Shown piece by piece: positions 1-8,651 of a DNA stretch of 64,000 nt. The position numbers and the translations under genes are program-made. The notes beneath the pieces were generated by a model. That model had not been told where the DNA came from, made no database searches, and saw nothing but the letters and a program-made list of their open reading frames with translations. The stretch is from a virus (lineage: Duplodnaviria; Heunggongvirae; Uroviricota; Caudoviricetes), in the IMG/VR virus record IMGVR_UViG_3300029705_006930; one strand, written 5' to 3'. The first letter of the stretch is position 1; every line of letters starts with the position of its first letter.

Positions 1-71
1 TTGTATCTACCCCGCCACAAAATTCATACAGGGCGCAATTTTCACAATTGCAATATTCATCGAACAATATA
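1..71 (-). CDS. hypothetical Cys-rich protein, 5' part only (runs off window start)
   Basis: AAGGAGG (87-81, minus) is followed 9-12 nt later by ATA/TTG. The frame (L)FDEYCNCENCALYEFCGGVDT stays open to position 1. Confidence 0.3.
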
Positions 72-109
72 AGCAATTTCCTCCTTTGCTATATTTTTGT
101 ACTTTAACT

Positions 110-1441
110 CTATATCTCATTTTCAATCTCCTCATCTTCATCGTTATATCGTATCGGACTACCTACGGGAAGCATCTCTAAAAATGCTGCTCCAGGCAAC
201 CAATATTTACTTCCATCATTTGTTCTTTTTGCAACTGAAAAATGTATGTGTGCTATGCGTCCTAAATAATCATCTCTGTGTTCCCAAAATTCTTTGCGTT
301 CTTCATCGCTATATCCAAGAGGCAGCACGACGTTGCTACCTTTATAATCAACTATAAAACTCTGCAGTATATCTTCATTTTCTTTTTTTGTGTAATCAAC
401 TATCATCAAATCTGCTTCATGCATTTGTCTTAGGTATAAGAAACTTTCACTGTTCTGTCGGTATTTATATAAGTCATAATCAAGATTAACTAAAATTCCT
501 GCGTATCCTTTTTCTTTGGCTACTCTGAATGCTTTTAAAATATTTCCTCTGTAACGTCCATTAAATAAAATCGGGGCAAGTTGTATATGTTCGGTAGGTG
601 TAAAATTCGTCTCTAAAAATGTTCGTCGGTCTTTATATATGTTTTTACATGTCTTACGGTTAAATTCTTTCAAAGATAATATGTCATAGATATAAAATAT
701 AATGTCACTTTTATCGCGCTCTGGCAGTCGGACTATCCATCGCTCTTTCATTCGGCGGTCATAAGGGGAGAGGTCTTTTGCATCCTCACCTTTATAAACA
801 AGTTCGCCATCAAATACCACTTCATCAAACGGCAAGTCATTAAATTCCTGCAAGAGTTCATCGAAGCCCTCAAGGACAATGCCGAAGCGTGTATACATTC
901 TTGCTTCGCCACATTCTTTGATAACAGCGCAGCGGGTGCCATTGTACCAACCGGAAACTGTGAACTGTCGCTGACGCACATAGTCTTCGTTACCATAGTA
1001 CAGCCCCGGCATCATCAATGGGATTTCATAAACAGTTCCCGCGCCATATACTGTATTGACCTGTTTGGCTGAAACATTTATTTCAAGGTCTCTCAGCACC
1101 GCATCAATCAAAAAGTCGTGGAGCTCAGCGGGGTAGAGGGTAAGAGAACCATGTATCTTTGCCACAGCTTTTTTATTACCCGCCCCCATATATGTCAGAT
1201 ATTCAAGCAGGTCATCACCTTCGCCTGTCACAAACGGCACAACGTCTTCGGCTGTAATTTCGGACGGCGCCCATTTATCAAAGATAAGGAAACGGCTTAA
1301 CCCAAGACGCGTTTTCCCAAACTGATACAATAAAAAGTCTGTCCACTTGGTATTTGTTGCATTACGGCGCAATATGCGTATTTTTTCATCATAAGATGTT
1401 GTGGCCGCCAACGCATCTGCAATTTGTTTAATTTCGTGTAT
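110..1441 (-). CDS. ATP-dependent DNA ligase-like protein with degenerate catalytic motifs (pseudo-ligase paralog of 55427-56749)
   Basis: Collinear with the ligase at 55427. VVFDGELV (motif III), IIFYIYDIL and the OB-domain end LGYSDEERKEFW are kept. Motif I reads SGWYNGTR (Lys to Trp), motif IV AGILVN (Glu to Ala) and motif V FLYLR. Start is set at ATA 1441, which lies 8 nt after GGGGG; the track's TTG at 1411 has no SD. Confidence 0.6.
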   Translation of the reverse strand: MHEIKQIADALAATTSYDEKIRILRRNATNTKWTDFLLYQFGKTRLGLSRFLIFDKWAPSEITAEDVVPFVTGEGDDLLEYLTYMGAGNKKAVAKIHGSLTLYPAELHDFLIDAVLRDLEINVSAKQVNTVYGAGTVYEIPLMMPGLYYGNEDYVRQRQFTVSGWYNGTRCAVIKECGEARMYTRFGIVLEGFDELLQEFNDLPFDEVVFDGELVYKGEDAKDLSPYDRRMKERWIVRLPERDKSDIIFYIYDILSLKEFNRKTCKNIYKDRRTFLETNFTPTEHIQLAPILFNGRYRGNILKAFRVAKEKGYAGILVNLDYDLYKYRQNSESFLYLRQMHEADLMIVDYTKKENEDILQSFIVDYKGSNVVLPLGYSDEERKEFWEHRDDYLGRIAHIHFSVAKRTNDGSKYWLPGAAFLEMLPVGSPIRYNDEDEEIENEI

Positions 1442-1455
1442 TTATATCGCCCCCT

Positions 1456-2409
1456 TTAAAATAATTCATCATCTGATATATCAGCGGAAATCTCTGCGAC
1501 TGCTTTTTGCGCATCAAGATATTCCTTAATTTCTGGCGGTAACTGTGATGTTACATATGTACGTTCATCAACAGTCATATTTCCAAGCTGTTTTTTGAAT
1601 TGATGATAGAATGCATTACAGTATTCCTGCTGCCAACAATAATTAGGCCGCAACAGATTGCTTGTATTGACAAAAATTGTCTTATGATTATGAAAAACAC
1701 CTTGTACAACAGCACTCATTGGTTTACCAAAGAATATCAATCCAAGCTCTTTTAACAATCCACATATTTCAGAAGTTGTTGATGAACTGTTATAACCTAG
1801 CCCATCCGCAATTTCACCTCGTGATATATACGCATAACGAGGTTGTTTTGACTGTGACTTGCGTTCATCTGCTACTTTGCCCTGATATATTAAAAATTTA
1901 ATATAGATATAATGTAACAATAAAGCTCGAAAGCCATATTTTTTGCCGACACCTAAAGACGCCGTCATCAAAGTCATATATTCACCCTGGGTAATAACTC
2001 GAAAGAACACTTTTATATTCTTATCTGTTTGTCCATTAAAAAACACTGGATTAAGACGGACTATTATTGCGGAACGATTGTCCTGAAATTTTGCTGCATT
2101 TAGAATGACATTGTTAGCATAGAAAAAATCAAGTACAGCATTTAAATTTTCAATATGAGCTTTGCGCACACTCTGAGCATGAATCCCGATATAATTGCAT
2201 AATATTTCAGGATTCACAATACTGATATTGCCATGAGTTTTACAAAACTGTAATCCACAAAATACTGTCAAACTGTTTGGTATAGCTAATTCCGCATCAA
2301 TCATCATTTGCGGAATAAATATTTTTAAATCTTTACAATCGTCTTGAATTGCCTCAGATAATATCTTTAATTCTTCTGTCATAAACCCTCCTTCATTTTT
2401 AGATGTCAA
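1456..2409 (-). CDS. hypothetical winged-helix-like DNA-binding protein with acidic C-terminus ISDDELF (possible replication or lysogeny factor)
   Basis: 317-aa ORF with an HTH-like stretch RGEIADGLGYNSSSTTSEICGLLKELGLI. Direct repeats lie just upstream of its start. Confidence 0.5.
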   Translation of the reverse strand: MTSKNEGGFMTEELKILSEAIQDDCKDLKIFIPQMMIDAELAIPNSLTVFCGLQFCKTHGNISIVNPEILCNYIGIHAQSVRKAHIENLNAVLDFFYANNVILNAAKFQDNRSAIIVRLNPVFFNGQTDKNIKVFFRVITQGEYMTLMTASLGVGKKYGFRALLLHYIYIKFLIYQGKVADERKSQSKQPRYAYISRGEIADGLGYNSSSTTSEICGLLKELGLIFFGKPMSAVVQGVFHNHKTIFVNTSNLLRPNYCWQQEYCNAFYHQFKKQLGNMTVDERTYVTSQLPPEIKEYLDAQKAVAEISADISDDELF

Positions 2410-2441
2410 AAATCTGCGCCTGCGTCGAAGATATATATACC

Positions 2442-2489
2442 TATATAAAGAGATACGTATATAAAGAGAAACCTATATAAAGAGATACG
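2442..2489. repeat. three tandem 16-bp direct repeats TATATAAAGAGAWAC(G)
   Basis: Copies at 2442-2457, 2458-2472 and 2474-2489, read directly, between the start of the 1456-2409 gene and the integrase stop. Confidence 0.8.
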
Positions 2490-2620
2490 ATACTCATATT
2501 TTTTATAAATAAAAAATATTCGTCCTGTGCCGTTGTGTTGTTGTTTGTTGCGTCGTGTTTTTTGCCGTTGTCACTGTGCCTTGTATGGTTACTGTGGGCT
2601 TTGTCTGTGTTCCTGTGTGC

Positions 2621-3442
2621 CTACCCATTTAATGCGCTGTCAATACTGTCCGCCATCGCATTAATTTCGCCCTGTGTTATTGTAAGGTATGTTTTTGTTA
2701 CGCGCTGGTCACTGTGCTTGTACTTTGCCTGCAAGATGTCCATAACACTGTCGTTGTTCATTGTTTTGCGCGCTGTGTATCCGTATGTTTTGCGCAGTGT
2801 ATGTGTTGCCACGTTCTGTGTGAGGCCCGCCGCCTTTGCACCTTTCTTTAAAATGTCCCACATTTGGTGCAGGCTCATTTGCCCGCCATTGTCACTTTTC
2901 TGGGACTTGATAAGGTAGTCGCTCATTGTATAGTTGCCGTTGAGATGTTCAATGTACATTTCAATGGCTTTTTTTGCGCCCGCTGTTATTTTGTTGCGAT
3001 TGTACTTGCCGGTCTTTTGTTCGTACACATCATAGTAATCTTTTACTGTACCATCCTCATTGAGAACGTCACTGATGCGCGCTCTGAGCAGGTCACTGCC
3101 TCTGTCCCCAATGGTGCAGCCAAACACTACCATCATATAATTGCGGTACTTGTGTCGGCCCCCATGTTCAAGGAAGTAGTTTGCGAGACGCTGAAATTCG
3201 TCCGCGCTGTAAAGAGGCTCTGCACTCTGTGCCTTTTTCACGCCATTGCTTTTGTAAGGCGACGCTGTTCTTGGTGCACGCTGTTTTGGCGCTGGCTTTG
3301 CTGCGGCCATTGCCTGAGCCACTGCATTTGCTATGATGCTCTGGAGCTCGTCCTGTGTCATTTGGAGCTTTGGTGCTGCCGCCTGTGCAGGAAAGTTGAT
3401 TGTATTATTCTGTACGTTTTGTTCTTTTGGCTGAGCGTTCAT
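2621..3442 (-). CDS. int: tyrosine recombinase / phage integrase (small, 273 aa)
   Basis: Catalytic-domain motifs are present: GDRGSDLLRARISDV (Arg), ATHTLRKTYGY (H-x-x-R) and HSDQRVTKTYL (His and the Tyr nucleophile). GGAGG SD. Confidence 0.8.
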   Translation of the reverse strand: MNAQPKEQNVQNNTINFPAQAAAPKLQMTQDELQSIIANAVAQAMAAAKPAPKQRAPRTASPYKSNGVKKAQSAEPLYSADEFQRLANYFLEHGGRHKYRNYMMVVFGCTIGDRGSDLLRARISDVLNEDGTVKDYYDVYEQKTGKYNRNKITAGAKKAIEMYIEHLNGNYTMSDYLIKSQKSDNGGQMSLHQMWDILKKGAKAAGLTQNVATHTLRKTYGYTARKTMNNDSVMDILQAKYKHSDQRVTKTYLTITQGEINAMADSIDSALNG

Positions 3443-3589
3443 AGGTGCCTCCTTGTTTGGATTTTTGTTTCCTCTTTTATTGTCTATATTATACCATGAG
3501 AGGGGCTCTTTGATAACGGGGTTTTTGAAAAAACCAAAGAACTTTTTTAAATTTTTTGTGGCGCTTTATATATGTTAATGTATATAAGG

Positions 3590-4200
3590 AAAGGTTGATG
3601 CGGTTGTTGCGGGGCAGTGTGATTTGGCGCAAAATTAGGCGATTTTTAGGGTGTTTGCAATTGTGTAAGGTCTGGTGTTGGAAATTTGGAAAGGTGTCTT
3701 AATGCCTGAATTTGAGGCTCTGGTGGGGTTATTCTATCACAGTGCTGACGCACTGTGGCGTCGCTGTGCTCCTTTATCTTATCAACGATGAAATGTTTGT
3801 TATTATGTTGCGCGAGAGAGGGTGTGGGGCGCGAAATTTGGGGGCCGGAGAGGTGGGAGGCGCGGTTTTGGGGCGAAATTGGGGCCCGGGTGGCCGGGGC
3901 TAAAATGGGCGTTTCCGGGGGTGTTTTGAGGGGTGTTTGGATAAGTTGCACAAAAATAGAAAAGCCACAGCCGGCTCTGTATGGGGCTAGCTGTGGTTCT
4001 TGTTGTTTATGGGCGTGATTTTGTTGTTTTTATAGTGTTTTGTGGCAAAAATGGTGAAAAAATGTGTAAAAAGGCGCGAAAATGCGTCAAAATGTGTGAT
4101 TTTTGATGATTTTTGGGTGGATTTGGTGTGGAATCAGGGCGAAATGGTGTGGAATGTTGTGTTTGGAGGGTGTTGTGGGGGTGAAAAGTGGACAAATATT
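3590..4200 (+). repeat. GT-rich, C-poor non-coding tract with at least 10 degenerate GAAAWTGKG repeats and clustered G4-5 runs
   Basis: Repeat examples: gcgaaatttggggg (3832), gcgaaattgggg (3873), taaaatgggcg (3901), aaaaatggtg (4047), aaaaatgtg (4058), gaaaatgcg (4078), caaaatgtgtg (4088), gcgaaatggtgtgg (4139). Seven G runs of 4 or more fall between 3824 and 3935. Composition is unlike the flanks. Confidence 0.6.
3964..4010 (+). terminator. putative intrinsic terminator inside the GT-rich tract
   Basis: CCACAGC (3965-71) pairs with GCTGTGG (3990-96), followed by ttcttgttgttt. Confidence 0.45.
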
Positions 4201-4390
4201 GCTTTTTATGAGCCGAGAGTGAGATATAGCGACGCGTAGCTTATTATATACATTAAATCTGTCGCAAAGTCAAAATATCCCCCTACGGCAGTTTAAACCG
4301 CTTTATATCGGTAAATATCAACCTTTGTGAAAAGTTGATATTTTTTGTACAAAATTTTTCGATTTTTCAAAAATCGGACGCTTGTTGCTA

Positions 4391-4419
4391 TTGACAATCT
4401 GTCGCTCAGGATTTACAAT
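4391..4419 (+). promoter_or_regulatory. sigma-70-type promoter TTGACA-17 nt-TACAAT
   Basis: TTGACA at 4391-96, a 17-nt spacer, then TACAAT at 4414-19. Confidence 0.6.
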
Positions 4420-4424
4420 TTTAA

Positions 4425-4505
4425 GTGTAAACCGACAAGTTTACACCTACAATTCAATATATCTGTTGTGATTGTTCAAAGGGGGGTACAGATACACAAT
4501 CACAA
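4425..4505 (+). promoter_or_regulatory. two inverted repeats in the leader of the sigma-like gene (operator or 5'UTR hairpins)
   Basis: GTGTAAAC-N6-GTTTACAC (4425-46) sits at the predicted +1. TTGTGATTGT...ACAATCACAA follows at about 4464-4505. Confidence 0.5.
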
Positions 4506-4545
4506 AATCACACACTATTCAATATTTAAAGGAAGGTATTTATCT

Positions 4546-5241
4546 ATGAAAAAACTCACAAGAAAACAGCTTAAAGCAATAAAAAACACATCAAGCTACA
4601 AATATTTTGAACAATTGAAAACCCTTAAAGGCTCAATGCCGGCAGACAGCAAAAAAACCTATATAGAGCCAAATTCAGACCTTGAAAAATTCGCAAAATT
4701 GCAAGTTATGACCTTAAACAAATATATCCGCCAAGACGGCAAGGGACACAACTTGGCAGCACAAGTTTTGCAAGATTTACAACAGCAAGCTTGTTTGCTT
4801 ATTCTGGAAAACCCTTTAAGCCTTGACTGCTTTACAACAGAACAAGATAAACAGACAGAACAACAGCAACAAGCATTTAAGGCGGTTAAAAATGGTTTAT
4901 ATAGGTATTATTATCACAACTATACAAGCCGCAGCACATCTAAAATTCACAATAACCCGTCAAGTTACATTGCAACAGCTACATATCAAGCAACCGACGA
5001 TATCGGCAAAGATGCACGCGACAGCTATCAAATGGACCTTTACAAATTACATCTGGATGCAATTTTGACAATTTTAACAACGGATGAAAAATACATCTTT
5101 AATGGTTTATTTGTTGAAAACTTAACACAAAAACAACTTGCCGAAAAACTCAATAAATCACAAACTTATGTAGCAAAAACACTTGCAAATATCCGTAGCA
5201 AAATCAAAGCAAATGACCTTGATACACCGATAAACAATTAA
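4546..5241 (+). CDS. sigma-70 region-4-like HTH transcription factor (possible phage sigma factor)
   Basis: Start ATG 4546 after GGAAGG. The C-terminus LTQKQLAEKLNKSQTYVAKTLANIRSKIK resembles a region-4 HTH. Confidence 0.5.
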   Translation: MKKLTRKQLKAIKNTSSYKYFEQLKTLKGSMPADSKKTYIEPNSDLEKFAKLQVMTLNKYIRQDGKGHNLAAQVLQDLQQQACLLILENPLSLDCFTTEQDKQTEQQQQAFKAVKNGLYRYYYHNYTSRSTSKIHNNPSSYIATATYQATDDIGKDARDSYQMDLYKLHLDAILTILTTDEKYIFNGLFVENLTQKQLAEKLNKSQTYVAKTLANIRSKIKANDLDTPINN

Positions 5242-5255
5242 ACCATTATATAAAA

Positions 5256-5284
5256 GGCGGTCACATTTGTGACCGCTTTTTTGT
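5256..5284 (+). terminator. intrinsic terminator
   Basis: GCGGTCAC-attt-GTGACCGC followed by TTTTTT. Confidence 0.75.
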
Positions 5285-5399
5285 TGTTCAGGTTATCAAA
5301 AAACATATAAATTATGTACAATTGTTGTAAAATATGGATAAATAAACCATTTTAAACTTTTTGGTAATATTTTTGAGTTTTCATTCAATATATATGCGA

Positions 5400-5951
5400 C
5401 AGCTAATAGCGGTTAGCGGTTAGGGTGTTAAGCCTTGCCCGCTTGACCGCTTTTTGTCTGTCTGTTTTGCTATGCTTAATTTGTAAGTATAGGACAGGAC
5501 AACCTACCAAGTAGGGACAGCCCAAACGCACAATGTTAGCGTGTTTTGGTTGAAAAAATTTCGGTTTTTTCTTACCTATTGATTGTGTCCCTTTAAAAAA
5601 GGACAGCGGTTCACTCCGCAAGCAAGCCGTCGAGAGATAGTAGATGTTGACACCCTCTTATAAACTGCAAGTAAGGTAGTAAAACAAAAGCCGTAAACGG
5701 CTTGGCTCTTTAAGGTGCCGTTTAGCTAACGGATAAGCGGAAATTGTTCAAAAAAATAATTTTTGTTTGTGAGCGGTTCATTGTGAATATCCAAGGATGT
5801 ACACAACCAAAATGAATTGCCGTCATTACATCTTAGGATGTAAAGGTGGTTACGCAAACGAACAAAAACGAAATTTTCAACAAGAGTATGTGAGAATGTT
5901 TACGATATTTCCAAAGCCGACAGTGAAATGATATATCTGTCGGCTTTTCTT
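5400..5951 (+). ncRNA. candidate large structured non-coding RNA locus (about 0.55 kb)
   Basis: No SD-led ORF. Contains repeated words (AGCGGTT x4, GCGGTTCAYT x2, GGACAG x4) and several local hairpins, and ends at the terminator 5915-5951. Confidence 0.3.
5915..5951 (+). terminator. intrinsic terminator
   Basis: AGCCGACAG (5915-23) pairs with CTGTCGGCT (5937-45), followed by TTTTCTT. Confidence 0.7.
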
Positions 5952-6053
5952 GTAAGCGAATAAGCTCAATAAAAAGTTTGTTCTCTTACAAGATTGTACA
6001 CTCGGTACAGTCTCATTGTAAACATACGCTACATATTCCAAGGAGTAACAATT

Positions 6054-6920
6054 ATGAAACTTAACGAAAAGAAAAACGAAATTTTGTCCGCTATTTCCGC
6101 ACTTAACAAGTTGCTTGTAAACAACGAAAGCAAAAAAGCCGATATCGACAAGGCTCTTGAAAACATCCAGAGCGAAATCAAAGCCTACAATGCCGAAAGA
6201 ACAAGGCTCACTTTTGTTGGGTTGGCTCAGACTGATGAACCTGTTAAAAACGCAATCATTCAGTTGAATTTTGACATCATCAAACTGAAAACAAACAAAG
6301 ACAAGGACACAGATAAAGTGTCATATGAACTTGTAAATGCGAAAAAACAAATCGAATTGCTTGAATTTTCAAAGTATCTCGGTAAAGCAAGTTTTGCAGA
6401 CGAAAACTGGAAATACAAAGTGGAAAAATTCAATCAGCTTATCACATTCAAAGCGGTAAAAGATTTGAATGGCGATATGAACACAATCGCAAAAAGTTTC
6501 TACATCAGCAAACTTGCTGAAAGTGTTGATTTGGGCAAAACACCAACATCAAACACACAGGTTCTCAAACAGTTGCAGACTGTTGTGGACGCAATCATTC
6601 ACGAAAACAAAAGCGAGAATGATGACACAAACAAATTCAAAGTACTGTCTCACGATGTTGCATACATCGTAAAATTGATGTGTAAACGTGCCGACAGCGG
6701 AAAAATCGTAATGCCAAAAGTTTCCTCAATGCACACATTGGTGATGGATGTACTTCACCGTATTGTATGCGACCTCGATTACAAAATCGAATATTCCAAG
6801 AAAAAGGAAGAAGAAACTGCACAGGCTGAAGCCGAAAATGAAATCGAAGCAGCTCAGGAAGAACCAAAAGCTGTAGATGAAAATGCTGAAGAAAAAACAG
6901 CAAAACCAAAAGCGAAATAA
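6054..6920 (+). CDS. hypothetical protein with Glu/Lys/Ala-rich C-terminal tail
   Basis: ATG 6054 lies 7 nt after AAGGAG. Monocistronic, sitting between two terminators. Confidence 0.7.
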   Translation: MKLNEKKNEILSAISALNKLLVNNESKKADIDKALENIQSEIKAYNAERTRLTFVGLAQTDEPVKNAIIQLNFDIIKLKTNKDKDTDKVSYELVNAKKQIELLEFSKYLGKASFADENWKYKVEKFNQLITFKAVKDLNGDMNTIAKSFYISKLAESVDLGKTPTSNTQVLKQLQTVVDAIIHENKSENDDTNKFKVLSHDVAYIVKLMCKRADSGKIVMPKVSSMHTLVMDVLHRIVCDLDYKIEYSKKKEEETAQAEAENEIEAAQEEPKAVDENAEEKTAKPKAK

Positions 6921-6966
6921 TCGAAAACAAAAATCAAAAATGAATTCAAATCAAAGCTGAATGTGT

Positions 6967-7012
6967 CACAGCGGGCAAAAGCTCGCTGTGTATCATTGAG
7001 CTTTTATTTTTT
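6967..7012 (+). terminator. putative intrinsic terminator
   Basis: CACAGCG...CGCTGTG hairpin, then a T-rich run. Confidence 0.5.
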
Positions 7013-7075
7013 AAGGCACATCATAGACGCATATGGTGAGCGAAAATGGTTCAAAAAAATTTTTGGAGGTCAAAA

Positions 7076-7243
7076 ATGAAATCATCTTATAAACGCAAAC
7101 TGCGTAAACAAAAACGAGCTGGTTTATTTGCATTTGTTGCTGGCACAATCGGCAGCATCCTTGTAAGCAACTGGTTTGTCGCAATGCTTTTTTATCCATT
7201 GGCTTGGATATTGTTAACCACAAAGGAAATCATTTGGGAGTAA
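7076..7243 (+). CDS. small membrane protein (55 aa)
   Basis: GGAGG SD. Basic N-terminus followed by two hydrophobic segments. Confidence 0.5.
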   Translation: MKSSYKRKLRKQKRAGLFAFVAGTIGSILVSNWFVAMLFYPLAWILLTTKEIIWE

Positions 7244-7302
7244 AATGATTTGCAAATCTCTCTCATATATGATAAAATCTAAAACGAAAGGGGGAGATAA
7301 AA

Positions 7303-7845
7303 ATGTACAACGAAAATGAAAAACCATTGGGAATGTCCGATGAAGAATGGGACGAATTAAACAAGCAAGCCTTCTTTCAGCAATGTCCTGACGAAGTAAA
7401 AGAAATTATCCGTAAACAAGGCATAAATCTTACCGATGAAGAACATGAACAAATATGGCAAGATTTACCAAAGTATTTTGCACATCTGCGCAAAGAACAT
7501 AAAAAGAAAAAAATCATAACTATGTTTACACCAGATGGTTTAAATAAAATTTCGCAGTGCATTAGCATTATAAAAACCATAGGTACTCTAATCAATGAGG
7601 ATGTAAAGATTGAACTTGCTCCAATTGAAACAATTTATCGAGCAAACCAAACAGTTTCTCAATTGATTATCGTAGTAATAAACGAAATTAAGTTTGGACA
7701 AGAAGTTGTAGATGGCAAATGTGGCAATTTATTGTCACAGCTCAATGAAATTGCGGATGTAATTAGTTTGTCCACTGATTATAGTGGAGAAAATATTTCA
7801 ATGCACATTTATATAAACGATGCAGTTGTTGTAAAGGAAATATAA
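7303..7845 (+). CDS. hypothetical protein
   Basis: GGGGGAG SD. 180-aa ORF. Confidence 0.65.
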   Translation: MYNENEKPLGMSDEEWDELNKQAFFQQCPDEVKEIIRKQGINLTDEEHEQIWQDLPKYFAHLRKEHKKKKIITMFTPDGLNKISQCISIIKTIGTLINEDVKIELAPIETIYRANQTVSQLIIVVINEIKFGQEVVDGKCGNLLSQLNEIADVISLSTDYSGENISMHIYINDAVVVKEI

Positions 7846-7846
7846 A

Positions 7847-8071
7847 ATGGAATACGCAGATTTGATAAACAATTTAATTGCATATCGAAAAAGTCAGAAT
7901 ATTACAACTGTCGAACTTGCTCAAAAAATGAATGTAAGTCGACAATCAGTATATAATATTGAAACTTTGAAAAAAGCTGCACCAGATGAAACTTTGCAAA
8001 AAATGTGTCAAGCATTAAATTTGGAACTTGAAATTGTCCCAAAGCAATACAACATCAAATCCCAAAAATGA
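7847..8071 (+). CDS. XRE/Cro-type HTH transcriptional regulator
   Basis: ITTVELAQKMNVSRQSVYNIE is a typical HTH_3 motif. Confidence 0.7.
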   Translation: MEYADLINNLIAYRKSQNITTVELAQKMNVSRQSVYNIETLKKAAPDETLQKMCQALNLELEIVPKQYNIKSQK

Positions 8072-8093
8072 ATTTAATTCCAACAACAAGAAA

Positions 8094-8123
8094 AGCTCAC
8101 GGCTCAGGCTGTGGGCTTTTTTG
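8094..8123 (+). terminator. intrinsic terminator
   Basis: AGCTCACGGC-tcag-GCTGTGGGCT followed by TTTTTT. Confidence 0.7.
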
Positions 8124-8261
8124 GTTGCTGTAACAACCACAATGAAAACATCTCATTGAGCCATTAGGGTAAACTGCGACCTCTTTTGACCTCCTGTGTC
8201 GCAGTTCTCCTCAGTGCCTCAAGAATTTTTTCATATTTACTACCTCTTTCGTAATTGATTG

Positions 8262-8300
8262 GAGAGCCTATGACTACGGTTGTAGGCTCTCTTGTTTATT
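8262..8300 (+). terminator. putative second terminator or hairpin
   Basis: GAGAGCCTA...TAGGCTCTC followed by ttgtttatt. Confidence 0.45.
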
Positions 8301-8342
8301 ACGAACACACACACTACATCAACGCGAAAGGAGAATAAAAAA

Positions 8343-8639
8343 ATGAAACCAAAGCGTCTTAAAGCGCGCATCAGCTACGAGTCCGCAGCCGGTGTGCCAG
8401 TAACTTTTGACCGCAAAAATCTCAAAGCTTGGATAGACTTTGAAAATGAAACCTTTACATATACCATTCTTGAAGACGGTGACGTTATAGTGCCGGCTGA
8501 TTTCGGCAAAGACCACGACTACATCAGTGTGCTCACAGGGCAGGTATATGTTTTGGTGCACGAAGTAATTTGGAAACCAGGTGAAGAAATGCCACACGCA
8601 AGACTTATCGGCTATGCAACCGATTGGCAGTACATTTAA
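8343..8639 (+). CDS. hypothetical protein
   Basis: ATG 8343 after AAAGGAGAA. Confidence 0.65.
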   Translation: MKPKRLKARISYESAAGVPVTFDRKNLKAWIDFENETFTYTILEDGDVIVPADFGKDHDYISVLTGQVYVLVHEVIWKPGEEMPHARLIGYATDWQYI

Positions 8640-8651
8640 AGGGAGAAAACT

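Noticed and set aside
2535-3499. Plus-strand ORFs 2535-2918 and 2864-3499, antisense to the integrase
   Set aside because: They overlap a motif-supported tyrosine recombinase on the other strand and give Cys/Phe/Leu-rich nonsense-like sequence with no SD.
3646-4239. ORF-track entries 3646-3951(-), 3712-3903(+), 3755-4018(+), 4007-4195(-) and 4042-4239(+) inside the GT-rich tract
   Set aside because: Their translations are low-complexity: Pro/Thr/Gln-rich on the C-rich strand and Gly/Trp/Val-rich on the G-rich strand. They overlap one another and have no SD-positioned start. They are best explained by skewed composition.
5403-5621. Minus-strand ORF 5403-5621
   Set aside because: No SD. It lies within the repeat- and hairpin-rich non-coding locus and opposes the local transcription direction defined by the terminators.
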